NCBI GenBank assembly: GCA_963827685.1
Contig: CAWHBU010000002.1
Coordinates: 896,001-960,000, forward strand
Direction of reading: 5' to 3'
Source of the DNA: an uncultured delta proteobacterium
GTDB taxonomy: Bacteria; Desulfobacterota; BSN033; UBA1163
DNA: 64,000 nt
Shown here one piece after another: positions 29,191 through 39,380 of the stretch; the first letter of the stretch is position 1; each line of letters opens with the position of its first letter. A program made the position numbers and the translations under genes. The notes below the pieces were generated by a model, which had not been told where the DNA came from, did no database searches, and saw nothing but the letters and a program-made list of their open reading frames with translations.

Positions 29191-30044
29191 AGTATCGGTT
29201 GATAGAAGAGCACAGAGAGACCTACAAGATAAGGAGTATGAGTGAAGTGTTGAAGGTATCCAGAAGTGGTTATTATGCGTGGAAGACGCGTCAACCGAGC
29301 ACACGTCAGAAAGACGATGAGGAGTTGCTGGGGCACATACGGGAGATCCACACTCAAAGCAGAAGGCTCTATGGGAGTCCGCGGATCGCAGCGGAGCTCA
29401 ATAAGCAGGGTCTTAGATGTGGGAAGAACCGGGTAGCCAGGATCATGAAAGAGCACTCCATATGGGCAGAAGTGAAGAAAAAGAGATTCAGGCGGACTAC
29501 CGATTCACGGCATCATTATGCCTTGGCTGCAAACTTACTGATTGACCAGAGGCAGACAGAGGGGGTATGGGCATCTGATATTACGTTTGTGCCCACTTCT
29601 GAGGGATGGCTCTATGTGGCAGCAGTGATGAATGTGAAAAGCAGAAAGATCATTGGGCTGTCCATGAGCGATAAGCTCTCTCAGGAGCTAGCTTCTGCTG
29701 CGCTCAGGGACGCGGTGGGCAGGCAAAGCCCCTCTGAAGGGTTGATCCACCATTCTGATCGAGGCAGGCAGTATGCAAGCTATGCCTATCAGGAGCTTTT
29801 AAGAGAATACGGCATGACTCCTAGTATGAGCAGAAGTGGCAATTGTTATGATAATGCCTATGTGGAGTCTTTCTTTGGCACGCTCAAGACGGAGTTGGTC
29901 CATGGTGAGCGGTACCGTTCAAGGCTGGAGGCGAGGCTTAGTATTTTTGAGTACGTGGAAGTGTTTTATAATCGTCAGAGGAGTCATTCGGCATTAGGGT
30001 ACAGGAGCCCAGAGCAGTATGAAAAGCTCCTTAATGAAACTTAA
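29187..30044 (+). CDS. IS3 transposase OrfB (DDE)
   Basis: YGSPRI, WASDIT, HSDRGRQY, DNAYVESFF, HSALGY. Confidence 0.95.
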   Translation: MKYRLIEEHRETYKIRSMSEVLKVSRSGYYAWKTRQPSTRQKDDEELLGHIREIHTQSRRLYGSPRIAAELNKQGLRCGKNRVARIMKEHSIWAEVKKKRFRRTTDSRHHYALAANLLIDQRQTEGVWASDITFVPTSEGWLYVAAVMNVKSRKIIGLSMSDKLSQELASAALRDAVGRQSPSEGLIHHSDRGRQYASYAYQELLREYGMTPSMSRSGNCYDNAYVESFFGTLKTELVHGERYRSRLEARLSIFEYVEVFYNRQRSHSALGYRSPEQYEKLLNET

Positions 30045-30228
30045 CTATATGTCCACTTTTTCAGGGGAAGGTCACATGGTAACTTTCATTGTTCATGGGT
30101 GGCAAAACCGTCATGGAAGATTGCCAAAAAGACCCTATCCTATATGGAAGTTTGGTATTTTGTTCACTGGAGTTTATTTGGGATTTGGCCTGCCTGCGCG
30201 AAGCCGCTTCGGCGAAGGCAGGTGCTCG

Positions 30229-31020
30229 TTATTTGGTGCTTATTTGAATTGGATCCCCTCTTTTTAGCTTCAATGTCTTTTGAGCGTTACCTTCTCTTAC
30301 AGATACTTCGAGAAAACCGCCACTTCCCAAAAGGGCAATCGGCTCACCTTTCTTGCCTTCCAGGTATCCTGTTTTCAAACCCGAGATAACTTTCCTCCCT
30401 GCTCGGATGACAAAAGGGCGACTTTGAATAAACCGAAATAGTTTTCTTTCGTCAATATTGCTGATTAGGTTGCCAAAGGCATCGATATGAAGAATCTCTC
30501 CTAATAATTTCCCTTCTTTGACAACGGGTTTTTGAAACCCGATCTCTTTTAAAGAATTCGTTTCATATCCGAAGGCATTTGGCTTGATACCCAGCGAGAG
30601 ATGTGCAGCCACCGGGGCAAAGATATCTCTGCCATGAAATGTACTGCTGACTTTCGAAAGAAAATATTTCTTTTTGGTGAGGACCACCACCTGTTTTACC
30701 TTTTCCCTCCGCGCCACAAGCGTGAAGAGGCCATTGTCAGGACCTACAAAAAAATAATCTTTGGTCACAAGAAGGATGGGCTTCCTTATTCCCCCTACCC
30801 CGGGGTCCACCACTGAGAGATGAATCGTCCCCTTTGGAAAATAAGAATAGGTACTGGCTAAAATGAAGGCTCCCTCTTCTATATCGTGCGGATTCACCTG
30901 GTGTGCAATATCAATAAGGAGACACTGAGGGTTGATATTCAGAATCACGCCCTTCATCGAAGCCACGTAATGGTCTTTTGTGCCAAAATCGGTGAGCAGA
31001 GTGATGATGGGGTTCCTCAT
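30229..31020 (-). CDS. SAM-dependent hydroxide adenosyltransferase / chlorinase-fluorinase family (DUF62)
   Basis: LLTDFG, VVDPGVG, GPDNG, STFHGRDIFAP, IDAFGN. Confidence 0.92.
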   Translation of the reverse strand: MRNPIITLLTDFGTKDHYVASMKGVILNINPQCLLIDIAHQVNPHDIEEGAFILASTYSYFPKGTIHLSVVDPGVGGIRKPILLVTKDYFFVGPDNGLFTLVARREKVKQVVVLTKKKYFLSKVSSTFHGRDIFAPVAAHLSLGIKPNAFGYETNSLKEIGFQKPVVKEGKLLGEILHIDAFGNLISNIDERKLFRFIQSRPFVIRAGRKVISGLKTGYLEGKKGEPIALLGSGGFLEVSVREGNAQKTLKLKRGDPIQISTK

Positions 31021-31027
31021 CGGGCCT

Positions 31028-32119
31028 CTATGGAGTTTGGAGTTCGGAGTTTGCCTGCCTGCCGGACAGGCAGGGAGTTCGGAGTTGCAAACATTTTTTT
31101 AAATTCTTACAGAAAGGTTTTCGGATAAGTCCTTTCTCTGTGATGATGGCATGAATCAAGGAATGGGGCGTCACGTCGAAGGCGGGGTTAAAGGCTTTAA
31201 CTCCTTTGGGAGCAACGGGGAATCCCCTGAAATGTGTAACTTCCTTGGTTTCTCTTTCCTCGATGGGAATGTCCGATCCCGATCGGATTGTCAGGTCAAG
31301 CGTGGAGGTCGGCGCGGCCACATAAAAAGGGACGTCATGCCATTTTGAGAGAACAGCAAGGCTATAGGTCCCAATCTTGTTTGCTGTATCTCCGTTACGG
31401 GCAATCCTATCGGCTCCTACCAGAACAAGATTGATTTCACCTTTTGTCATCAGCCATCCCGCCATATTATCGGTGATGACGGTCACGGGAATCTTTTCCT
31501 GAAGCAACTCCCAAGCTGTCAGCCTGGCTCCCTGAAGTTGAGGCCTCGTCTCATCTGCAAAAACACGAAACCGTTTCCCTTCAGCCCATGCCGCATAAAT
31601 CACTCCCAAGGCTGTTCCATATCCACCCGTGGCCAAAGCCCCTGCATTGCAGTGGGTGAGCACTCCGCCTCCATTCTTGATAAGCCTCTTCCCATACATT
31701 CCGATCTTGCGGTTGATCTCGATATCCTCTTTGAGAATATTGAGAGCCTCTTTCACTAACCTCTCCCTGGTCGCATCAACTCCATGAGTGTAAACTTGAT
31801 CCACTATCTTTCTCATTCGATCAACAGCCCAAAAAAGGTTGACAGCAGTGGGCCTGGTCTGACTCATCTCATGACAAACCTTTTCAAGGCTTTTAAGGAA
31901 CGAACCAGGTTGATGGGATAGGGTCTTCTTTGCGGCAAGAGCGATTCCCATGGCTGCAGCGACACCGATGGCGGGTGCCCCGCGGATAGCCATGGTTCGA
32001 ATGGCTTGGGCTACAGAAGAGGCATCCCGACAATCCAAATAGCGGACCTCCTGAGGAAGTCTCCTTTGGTCGAGGATTCTGACCTCATCACTTTTCCATT
32101 CAATGGTTTTAAATTTCAT
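31028..32119 (-). CDS. mtnA: Methylthioribose-1-phosphate isomerase
   Basis: IRGAPAIG, RPTAVNL, THCNAG, ETRP, NKIGT, NPAFDVTP; tail is repeat-derived. Confidence 0.95.
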   Translation of the reverse strand: MKFKTIEWKSDEVRILDQRRLPQEVRYLDCRDASSVAQAIRTMAIRGAPAIGVAAAMGIALAAKKTLSHQPGSFLKSLEKVCHEMSQTRPTAVNLFWAVDRMRKIVDQVYTHGVDATRERLVKEALNILKEDIEINRKIGMYGKRLIKNGGGVLTHCNAGALATGGYGTALGVIYAAWAEGKRFRVFADETRPQLQGARLTAWELLQEKIPVTVITDNMAGWLMTKGEINLVLVGADRIARNGDTANKIGTYSLAVLSKWHDVPFYVAAPTSTLDLTIRSGSDIPIEERETKEVTHFRGFPVAPKGVKAFNPAFDVTPHSLIHAIITEKGLIRKPFCKNLKKCLQLRTPCLSGRQANSELQTP

Positions 32120-32133
32120 AGAGCCTAAACGCC

Positions 32134-32202
32134 AGGTTGAGGTTAAGGTTTAGGTTCAGTAAAGACTTTTTTTGTTCTTAACCTTAGCCTCAGCCTCAAC
32201 CT
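32134..32202. repeat. Hexamer-periodic inverted repeat overlapping gatB stop
   Basis: AGGTTG AGGTTA AGGTTT AGGTTC ... AACCTT AGCCTC AGCCTC AACCTT. Confidence 0.8.
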
Positions 32203-33635
32203 TTTAATTTCTTTCTAAGTATCTCATTGACCAATTTGGGATTCGCCTTCCCTTGGGTCTGCTTCATCACCTCCCCCACGAAGAAGCCGAAGAGTTTCTC
32301 CTTGCCTTTTCGATAATCCTCCACCTGCTTTGGATTGGCCTCTATGGCTCTTTCAATGGCTCTTTCGATCTCCCCTCCATCAAGGATTTGAACCCAACCT
32401 TTTTCTTTCACGATATCTTCCGCATACGCTCCTGTCCGATACATCTCTTCAAAGACATCCTTGGCAATTTTTCCGCTGATCGTCCCTTTCTTCATCATGG
32501 AAAGCATCTCTGCCAGGTGTTTGGGAGTAACAGGACAATGATCAATCTCCTTTTCGTCTCGCTTCAACTCCCGGAGCAGATCTCCCATCATCCAATTGCT
32601 CACGGTTTTGGGTTCTGGAAAGAAACTGACACATTCCTCAAAATAATAGGCCATGGCTTTTGCAGAGGTGAGGATCTCGGCATCGTATTCAGGAATCTGA
32701 TATTGTCGAATAAACCTTCCCTTTTTTTCATCGGGAAGCTCAGGAAGTCTTTTACGAATCTCCTCGACCCATCTCTCATCGATCCTCAATGGAACAAGAT
32801 CCGGATCGGGGAAATAGCGATAATCATGAGCCTCTTCTTTTCCCCTCATCGAAATCGTGATCCCTTGATCGACATCCCAGAGCCGTGTCTCCTGAACTAC
32901 CTCTTCTCCCTCCTCCACCATTGCTATCTGACGCTTGATCTCAAACTCTAATGCCTTTTCTACATGGCGGAAGGAATTCATGTTCTTCAATTCTGTTCTG
33001 GTCCCAAATTCTTTCTGACCTTTTGGCCGGACCGAAACATTTGCGTCACATCTAAAGGTCCCCTTCTCCATATCGCCTGTACAGATTTCCAGATATTGGA
33101 GGATCGCTCGAAGTTTTCTTAAATAATCACCAGCCTCCTCTGGAGATCGAATGTCCGGTCCACTTACAATCTCAACCAAGGGAACCCCTGTCCGATTGAA
33201 ATCGACATAACTGAAAGCTTCGGTCTCGGGTGTCTCGCCATGCTTCAGCTTCCCAGCATCCTCTTCCATATGAATCCGGATGATATGAATCCGCTTCTTT
33301 TCTCCTTGGACCATGATTTCAATAAAACCATCCACGGCCAAAGGAAACTCATACATGGAAATCTGATACCCCTTCGGGAGATCCGGATAAAAATAATTCT
33401 TTCTGGCAAAAAGGCTGTGAGGAGCAATTCGGCAGGAAGTAGCCAAACCCAATTTGATGGCAAACTCCACAGCCTTCCGATTGATCACTGGAAGAGAACC
33501 GGGCTGTCCGGTACAGACAGGACAGGTTTGCGTATTCGGTTCTTCCCCAAATGTTGTGGAACACCCACAGAATATTTTCGATCGGGTCAGGAGCTGCGCA
33601 TGGACTTCTAAGCCAATGACAGGTTCATATTCCAC
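32196..33635 (-). CDS. gatB: Asp/Glu-tRNA amidotransferase subunit B
   Basis: [41 protein letters not shown]. Confidence 0.97.
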   Translation of the reverse strand: MEYEPVIGLEVHAQLLTRSKIFCGCSTTFGEEPNTQTCPVCTGQPGSLPVINRKAVEFAIKLGLATSCRIAPHSLFARKNYFYPDLPKGYQISMYEFPLAVDGFIEIMVQGEKKRIHIIRIHMEEDAGKLKHGETPETEAFSYVDFNRTGVPLVEIVSGPDIRSPEEAGDYLRKLRAILQYLEICTGDMEKGTFRCDANVSVRPKGQKEFGTRTELKNMNSFRHVEKALEFEIKRQIAMVEEGEEVVQETRLWDVDQGITISMRGKEEAHDYRYFPDPDLVPLRIDERWVEEIRKRLPELPDEKKGRFIRQYQIPEYDAEILTSAKAMAYYFEECVSFFPEPKTVSNWMMGDLLRELKRDEKEIDHCPVTPKHLAEMLSMMKKGTISGKIAKDVFEEMYRTGAYAEDIVKEKGWVQILDGGEIERAIERAIEANPKQVEDYRKGKEKLFGFFVGEVMKQTQGKANPKLVNEILRKKLKG

Positions 33636-33737
33636 AAGACTTCCCTCTCTTTCTTGAAATCACTGTTTCTAAAATTATAATAAAGTCCAATCGTTGTCAA
33701 ATAATCTAATCAGTCCAAATCCCGCTTTAGAAAATTG

Positions 33738-33879
33738 TCATTGCGAGGGGAACGAAGCAATCTCGCCTTTTTCGATTAGATTGCCACGCCTGCGTGCCGA
33801 AACCTTTAATCATGTCAAAACTAATAGTTAGTGAGCACTACGGCGTGCAGGCACGCACCTTTCAGGTGCTCGCAATGAC
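33738..33879. repeat. GTCATTGCGAG...CTCGCAATGAC palindromic element with nested CCTGC...GCAGG insert
   Basis: Perfect 11-bp outer IR; inner GCAATCT/AGATTGC; insert 33789-33851 flanked by CACG on both sides. Confidence 0.8.
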
Positions 33880-33997
33880 GAAATTGGAAATGGGTTTCGT
33901 TCTCCAAATCGGAATTTGGGATCAGTAGGGGCTCTCCCCTAAACCCTTTCTGGTTCAGGGTTGACAAACCTGATCGATTCCATTACCTTAGTCCAAA

Positions 33998-34861
33998 ATG
34001 TTCAAAAATATCCAGATTCCGCCATCCTTCTCCCTCATTAGGAAAGGACAGACTTTTATCCTCCTGGAGCAGGGGTATAAAGAGGCCCTTCTTAAACAAG
34101 GAATTGATGATTTAAAAACTTTCACCCAAAAAAGCAGCCAAATCTCTCACTATCACAAAGGTCGAACTCTTCATCCTTCCATTCCTCTTGAGGACGGGAA
34201 GAGGATGGTTCTTCGCCAATATTCACACGGAGGACTGTTACGAGCCATCACTGGCAATCTCTACTTTTCCGGGGCGAGATCTTTCCGAGAGCTGGCCTTA
34301 ACAGAAGAAATTCGATCCTGCGGAATTCCTACGATCCCCTCCATCGGTGCCATCCACCATTGCATTTTCTTCCCTTTCTACCAGGCTTACTTTCTTTCCT
34401 TAGAAGTTCCTCATGCCATAGATCTAATTCAATATTTTAATGAAATGGGAGTACATTCTTCCCGTGAGAGTCTTTCCTCAAAGAGAACAACAATACGATC
34501 TGCCGGCCTTCTTATTCGACAATTTCACCAAGCTGGATATTTCCATGGCGATCTTCAGCTTAAGAACATTCTGGTAGCAGGAGACCAACTTCTGCTTATT
34601 GATTTTGATCGCTCCTATCGGAAGCCGAGCCTCTCTACGGAGGAAAGGATGAAGAATCTCCTTCGCCTCAACCGTTCTGCAGAGAAGTGGATCCAACAAG
34701 GGCTGCCTCTCACGCGGACAGACCGCTGGCGTTTCTTTTTGGCTTATGCAGGAGACGATAAAAAGATCAGGGAGGCGATGCAAAAGGCCCTTCAAACCCA
34801 TTCGCTTCGTCTTTTATTCTATCGATTGGGCTGGGCAATAGAAAAAATAGTTGGGAGTTAG
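33998..34861 (+). CDS. Kdo/WaaP-family LPS kinase
   Basis: LRQYSHGG, RSFREL, HGDLQLKNIL, LIDFD. Confidence 0.85.
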   Translation: MFKNIQIPPSFSLIRKGQTFILLEQGYKEALLKQGIDDLKTFTQKSSQISHYHKGRTLHPSIPLEDGKRMVLRQYSHGGLLRAITGNLYFSGARSFRELALTEEIRSCGIPTIPSIGAIHHCIFFPFYQAYFLSLEVPHAIDLIQYFNEMGVHSSRESLSSKRTTIRSAGLLIRQFHQAGYFHGDLQLKNILVAGDQLLLIDFDRSYRKPSLSTEERMKNLLRLNRSAEKWIQQGLPLTRTDRWRFFLAYAGDDKKIREAMQKALQTHSLRLLFYRLGWAIEKIVGS

Positions 34862-34915
34862 GAGTTCGGTGTTCAGAGTTTAAAACTAAGAACTCCGAAC
34901 TAAATACTCCGAACT
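34850..34915. repeat. GGAGTTC/GAACTCC heptamer inverted repeat spanning two convergent stop codons
   Basis: Same family at 31031-31086 and 57873-57950. Confidence 0.8.
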
Positions 34916-35545
34916 AATCTTTTTGAAAAACTCTCTCAGGGGCTGGATGAGGAATTGGGTGTGGAAAAGGAAGAAGTGATCTGCTCCCGGGATAACGGCT
35001 AAAGATTTTGGTTCATCGAGTTGCTGATACCATTTCTCCAAGAGAGCAGGTGGACAGAACGAATCCTGGTTTCCTGCAATAAAAAGTTTTCTCTTCTTGC
35101 ATCCCTTGAGAAATCCAAAATCATAAATCCCAAGGGGTGGAGCAACGGCCACTATCCCCTTGAATCTTTCATCCTCGACGGCAACGGGGAGGCCTACCCA
35201 GGCTCCAAAAGAGTATCCTACCAAAATAAGCGGCGGATGGCCGTCCTTCAGTCTTGAAGAGAAGTAGTCGGCAACAGCCTTCACATCCTGCCTCTCTGCG
35301 ATCCCCTCTCCATAAGATCCTTTGCTTTCACCCACGCCTCTGAAATTAAACCGAAGTGTGGAGAGCCCTTCTTGAGAAGCAGCCTCCGCAGAAGTCGCAA
35401 TAACAAGGTGATCCATATCTCCACCATACTGCGGATGAGGATGGCAAAGGATAACCCCACCTCTAAAAGAAGAAGCCTCTTGAATACTCAAGAGGCCTTC
35501 CAGTTGAATCCCGTCAGATGGAATAAATACCTTTTCTTCTTTCAT
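34886..35545 (-). CDS. Alpha/beta hydrolase
   Basis: HPHPQYGG, RFNFRGVG, GYSFG, ADHFF. Confidence 0.9.
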   Translation of the reverse strand: MKEEKVFIPSDGIQLEGLLSIQEASSFRGGVILCHPHPQYGGDMDHLVIATSAEAASQEGLSTLRFNFRGVGESKGSYGEGIAERQDVKAVADYFSSRLKDGHPPLILVGYSFGAWVGLPVAVEDERFKGIVAVAPPLGIYDFGFLKGCKKRKLFIAGNQDSFCPPALLEKWYQQLDEPKSLAVIPGADHFFLFHTQFLIQPLREFFKKISSEYLVRSS

Positions 35546-35976
35546 CCCATTTTAGAAAATGGCGGAATTTCTTGATGAGTCTCTCGCAATAACCCTCTTT
35601 GTCGTTCTTTTATTGGTTTTTCCTTCTCGGAAGATTCGATCTTTGCATCGACCTTCTCTTTTACCCATTCCAAGATATTCCTCAAAATTTCCAAAAACCT
35701 AACCTTAAAACGGCTGACATCCTCACTTTCAATGCTTTCATTAAGTGATTTTAGCCACTCATCCAATTTTTTTTGTACTGCTTTTAAAATCTGGAGCATG
35801 TGAGGATCTGTTTCTCCCTTTTCCTCCTCACCCTGGATGGGGACAACCCGGTACCCATCTGATTTTGTTGCTTTAGACGTCGTCTTTTTAAGAATGGAAA
35901 AAGAACCGGAAACCAAGCCTATTCCCAGGGTAAGGATCAGAAATAAGGAGATGAGAGGGCCGACCCATTTTTTCAT
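35542..35976 (-). CDS. Hypothetical membrane-anchored helical protein
   Basis: N-terminal TM; 4-bp overlap with next gene. Confidence 0.65.
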   Translation of the reverse strand: MKKWVGPLISLFLILTLGIGLVSGSFSILKKTTSKATKSDGYRVVPIQGEEEKGETDPHMLQILKAVQKKLDEWLKSLNESIESEDVSRFKVRFLEILRNILEWVKEKVDAKIESSEKEKPIKERQRGLLRETHQEIPPFSKMG

Positions 35977-36005
35977 AATTTACACACCCGTAATAGCCGT
36001 GAAAA

Positions 36006-36082
36006 TGGCGGGCGATGCGGGAGTTGAACCCACGGCCTTTGGTTCCGGAGACCAACGCTCTATCCAACTGAGCTAATCGCCC
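36006..36082 (-). tRNA. tRNA-Arg (CCG)
   Basis: GGGCGATTAGCTCAGTTGGATAGAGCGTTGGTCTCCGGAACCAAAGGCCGTGGGTTCAACTCCCGCATCGCCCGCCA. Confidence 0.97.
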
Positions 36083-36120
36083 ATTCTTTCTCCGAAAAGA
36101 CATATCGACTTCTCGATACC

Positions 36121-36149
36121 TTTTTACCACCTTCCAGGGTCGCTGTCAA
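36121..36149 (-). promoter_or_regulatory. Sigma70 promoter for the intact tRNA, located inside the island
   Basis: TTGACA-N17-TAAAAA with TG extension on the minus strand. Confidence 0.6.
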
Positions 36150-36283
36150 TTCTAACTGGATTGACCTGAACCTTCTTTAACCCCCACTCTTCAAGTGTAC
36201 CGCTTCCCTTCGTAATAAAAATCAACGTACCAGCTTTTTCCTCTAAGATAGACGCCCATTCAAACCACCTCCTTTTATTGAGT

Positions 36284-36895
36284 TTATTGTTTATATTCTC
36301 GTCTAAAAACCCAAGTTCCCGGAATAGTCTCTTCAAATATTCCTTTGTAAGTATAATTTCTTTTTAATATGTCTTCATATCTTAATTCATAAGGGTATTT
36401 ATTATGATTGATAAGGATACTAAAGTGATTCAGAAAATCACTCTCGGCTGCTGGGCCTTCTTCAAAACCAGTTTCTTTTTCGTAACGTACTTTTTTAATT
36501 GTCAATATTTCTTCTATGCCAGATGGAAGGACTTCTATCTTTCGAAATATTGGCGTTTTCCCGGAAATAGGTTCCAATGCAAGAACTTGAATATTAATTG
36601 CGGTTCCTTTGCCATCATTTTTGATTTGAAAACTGGTTTTTCTTACACCCTTACTCAAATCATAAGTTTTAAAATACAAAGATATAAAAGGAGCTGCTTG
36701 CTCAATTCTCATTCTCCTCGTTTCCCACGCATACCAAAAGACAGCCCCCGCAGTAATGATTAAGACAATATCTCCAATGGAAATTCCATAATACTTGGAC
36801 AAGAAAAAAGTGACATAAAGATGCAAGAGACAAGAAATTAAGATAGAAGCCAAGATTATCCAAGCAAAAGCCATTAGGTTCTTGTGATTTTTCAT
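36284..36895 (-). CDS. 2-TM-anchored hypothetical protein
   Basis: TM helices, YAWETRRMR, IKNDGKGTAINI, YEDIL. Confidence 0.7.
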   Translation of the reverse strand: MKNHKNLMAFAWIILASILISCLLHLYVTFFLSKYYGISIGDIVLIITAGAVFWYAWETRRMRIEQAAPFISLYFKTYDLSKGVRKTSFQIKNDGKGTAINIQVLALEPISGKTPIFRKIEVLPSGIEEILTIKKVRYEKETGFEEGPAAESDFLNHFSILINHNKYPYELRYEDILKRNYTYKGIFEETIPGTWVFRREYKQ

Positions 36896-36928
36896 TCAAC
36901 TCACTTCCCTTTCTTTGATTATTTAGGG

Positions 36929-37627
36929 TTAAGCGGGTACACCTCCTTTCATTTCATACGGTATATTGAATTCTCTTTTAGTCCGTTCCGGTTTTCCAGC
37001 ACCGATCCCCGTTAGGCTGTGATACTCCAAATCGCTTTTCCAACTGTGGCCCAAAATATCATCATAAATCACAGTCGTCGTTACCCAATATACACCCTCT
37101 TTCATTTTTTGCGGATAGTTTGAAACACCAAAAAAACCCGCCTGAGGTTGATTTGAATCGCCGCAAATATCTGCAATTAAACATAATAAAGAAACCTTTC
37201 CTTTCGATGGAACCATAGTGACTCCCGCAAACTCTAATGGTATTTCTTCGTTTTTGGAAAATGACCACTTAGAAAATGTCAATTTGGTTTCTACAAATCT
37301 AAGGTTGTAAGCGGGGAAATTACCAAAGTTCTCTATCCAAACATTGTCATTTGTAAAATGCAAAACCATAACTGGTCTAATATTGATTTCCGTATTATCT
37401 GTTATTGCTTTCCGCATCTTATAGGTTTCGATGGTATAGAAAAGAATAATTAACGCTGTAATCGCATATATAAGATCAGATAGTCTGAAAAAAACACTTA
37501 GTAACAATATTGTTGCTGCGACTGAAATCCACAGATATTGACTCTTTACTATGTGCTTGGTTCTTTCTTTCAATACTTTTATGAATATCACTGATTCTCT
37601 CCCTTCCTCTACAAAAAGAGGAACCAT
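36929..37627 (-). CDS. 2-TM-anchored hypothetical protein (paralogue-like of 36284-36895)
   Basis: YTIETYKMR, IENFGNFPAYNL, YDDIL. Confidence 0.7.
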   Translation of the reverse strand: MVPLFVEEGRESVIFIKVLKERTKHIVKSQYLWISVAATILLLSVFFRLSDLIYAITALIILFYTIETYKMRKAITDNTEINIRPVMVLHFTNDNVWIENFGNFPAYNLRFVETKLTFSKWSFSKNEEIPLEFAGVTMVPSKGKVSLLCLIADICGDSNQPQAGFFGVSNYPQKMKEGVYWVTTTVIYDDILGHSWKSDLEYHSLTGIGAGKPERTKREFNIPYEMKGGVPA

Positions 37628-37653
37628 CCAGCCCCTTTCGTCACAACAAACAA

Positions 37654-37826
37654 TCTAAACCATTTTCGCCATTTCAAGATTCACCACATTTACCATTTTA
37701 AAAAAATCTTCTTTTTGAATATCCCCTTTTCCATAAGTAACTGTATAATGGCTTCATTAGACACTACCTGGGACATGAGGAGTTCTTCAGAGGAAATGAT
37801 TTTTTAGGATCAAGATCTATTGCCAT
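37654..37826 (-). pseudogene. Small helical protein gene apparently broken by two A-run frameshifts
   Basis: Strong AAGGAGGT RBS; joined frames give MAIDLDPKK/IISSEELLMSQVVSNEAIIQLLMEKGIF/..KMVNVVNLEM. Confidence 0.4.
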
Positions 37827-37853
37827 TCCACTTACCTCCTTTTGGGATGATAT

Positions 37854-38945
37854 TTACTCCAACTCGTCAAATCCAATTGCTTTCAATACCCCTAAGGCAT
37901 TGAAAATGTAACTAAGCAAATCGTCACCATTATATTCATAACGAACCATTGCATCTAATAGAATTGCCTGAATGGGCAACGCATACTCGTAGTCCAACTC
38001 GATCTCTCCTGATTCCCCTTTTATTGAGAATAGCTGGCCGTCCAATAAATCGAGGTCTTCACTTAATCGGATATTGAAATCCCTTTTTCTATCCGCCGGA
38101 CGCGTAAATTTTCCATTCACCCATTTTACTCCATAATATTCAGAAATTCTTTCGATCTCTTCCGCAAAATCGTCACTCTCTTCATCTATATCCTCTAACT
38201 CCCCATCAAAGTAGAAATAATAGTCCCTTGGATAATCTGGCAATCTATTGTAAACCTCTTTGATAAACTTACGGTTTCTTATTAATTCCATATCTAAATT
38301 TGTTTTCGGGTTAATTATGGATTCATAGACTATTGCAATAGTGAGGGCAACTTCTGTGGGAGTAAGGTCTTGTATCATTTTTTTTGCTCTTTCATAAACA
38401 AAATCGTCTTTCCTCAATACAGAATCAACAATGGCAGTAATTCGAATTTCATTTAATCTAAGGAAGGTGATTGCATATTGTGGGTCTATGACCGTTACAG
38501 CACTTGAAGCCCCAAAGGCCTTTTTGATTTCACGAATCTGATTTTCGTGGGCCGATTTATCGGTGCAAAGCAGAATATAATATTGCTCAAGTTCCTTGCC
38601 ATATTCATTCAGGGCTTCAAAGCATTGTGCCTTTAACTGTTTAAGATAATCTTCGGAATCTAAATCATCAAATGATTTTATCTGGAAGGCAATATAGTTC
38701 GATTCTTCAGATTCCTCTTCGGAATCACGCAAAAGAACGTCAGTTCCTCGATCATGAATGCCCTGAACATCGTATGCAATATTATGGAATTTACTGAAAC
38801 ATTCAATGACCGTATTCAATTTCTTTTCTACTGCAGGACATAAGTGTTTGTTGTGTTTCAAGCGGCGAAAGGTTTCCGTAGAATGAATTGAACCTTCTCG
38901 ATATCGTAGCAATTCGTCAATTATTTTAGATAAAAATTCAAACAT
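37854..38945 (-). CDS. Restriction-endonuclease-like (PD-(D/E)xK) domain protein
   Basis: QGIHDRGTDVLL...IAFQIKS. Confidence 0.6.
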   Translation of the reverse strand: MFEFLSKIIDELLRYREGSIHSTETFRRLKHNKHLCPAVEKKLNTVIECFSKFHNIAYDVQGIHDRGTDVLLRDSEEESEESNYIAFQIKSFDDLDSEDYLKQLKAQCFEALNEYGKELEQYYILLCTDKSAHENQIREIKKAFGASSAVTVIDPQYAITFLRLNEIRITAIVDSVLRKDDFVYERAKKMIQDLTPTEVALTIAIVYESIINPKTNLDMELIRNRKFIKEVYNRLPDYPRDYYFYFDGELEDIDEESDDFAEEIERISEYYGVKWVNGKFTRPADRKRDFNIRLSEDLDLLDGQLFSIKGESGEIELDYEYALPIQAILLDAMVRYEYNGDDLLSYIFNALGVLKAIGFDELE

Positions 38946-39052
38946 AATTAAATGGAACTCCTGCCTTTCGTTCTATATTTATGTCAAGGCATCAAGTATT
39001 TCTTTAAAAGCGTTTTCAATATCGCCAACTATTTCCATTCAACTCACCCCCC

Positions 39053-39205
39053 TTATTTCTTGGATTGTTTCTCTAACCATTCATCCAAGACCCTTCTAAT
39101 AAGTTCCGACACTGACAACCTCTTTTTTCGTGATAATGCCTTGAATTGTTTCATCTGATAAGGGGTAAGATAAATGTTTGTTCGGTTCATTAATTTTGGT
39201 CTCAT
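39053..39205 (-). CDS. Ribbon-helix-helix (CopG-like) regulator, 50 aa, absent from the ORF track
   Basis: MRPKLMNRTNIYLTPYQMKQFKALSRKKRLSVSELIRRVLDEWLEKQSKK. Confidence 0.8.
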   Translation of the reverse strand: MRPKLMNRTNIYLTPYQMKQFKALSRKKRLSVSELIRRVLDEWLEKQSKK

Positions 39206-39380
39206 ATGTGTCTCTTATTGCCTCCAATGTTTAATATACACCATTAGATTGTTTTGTCAACCTTTTTCTTTGGACTCATTTGGAAAAGGGATGGATCTTT
39301 AACTCGAATTTCCTCCTGATTCAAAATGTTTTACAATAATCTTGAATTGTTGATATTATGTTATCCTATGTGGGTGTTAG

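Larger units (their letters stand above)
28833..30074 (+). mobile_element. IS3-family insertion sequence (1242 bp)
   Basis: IRs TCACCTTCCCCCGAG..TGGACA / TGTCCA..TCAGGGGAAGGTCA; 3-bp target duplication CAT; A7G slip site at 29151-29158. Confidence 0.92.
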
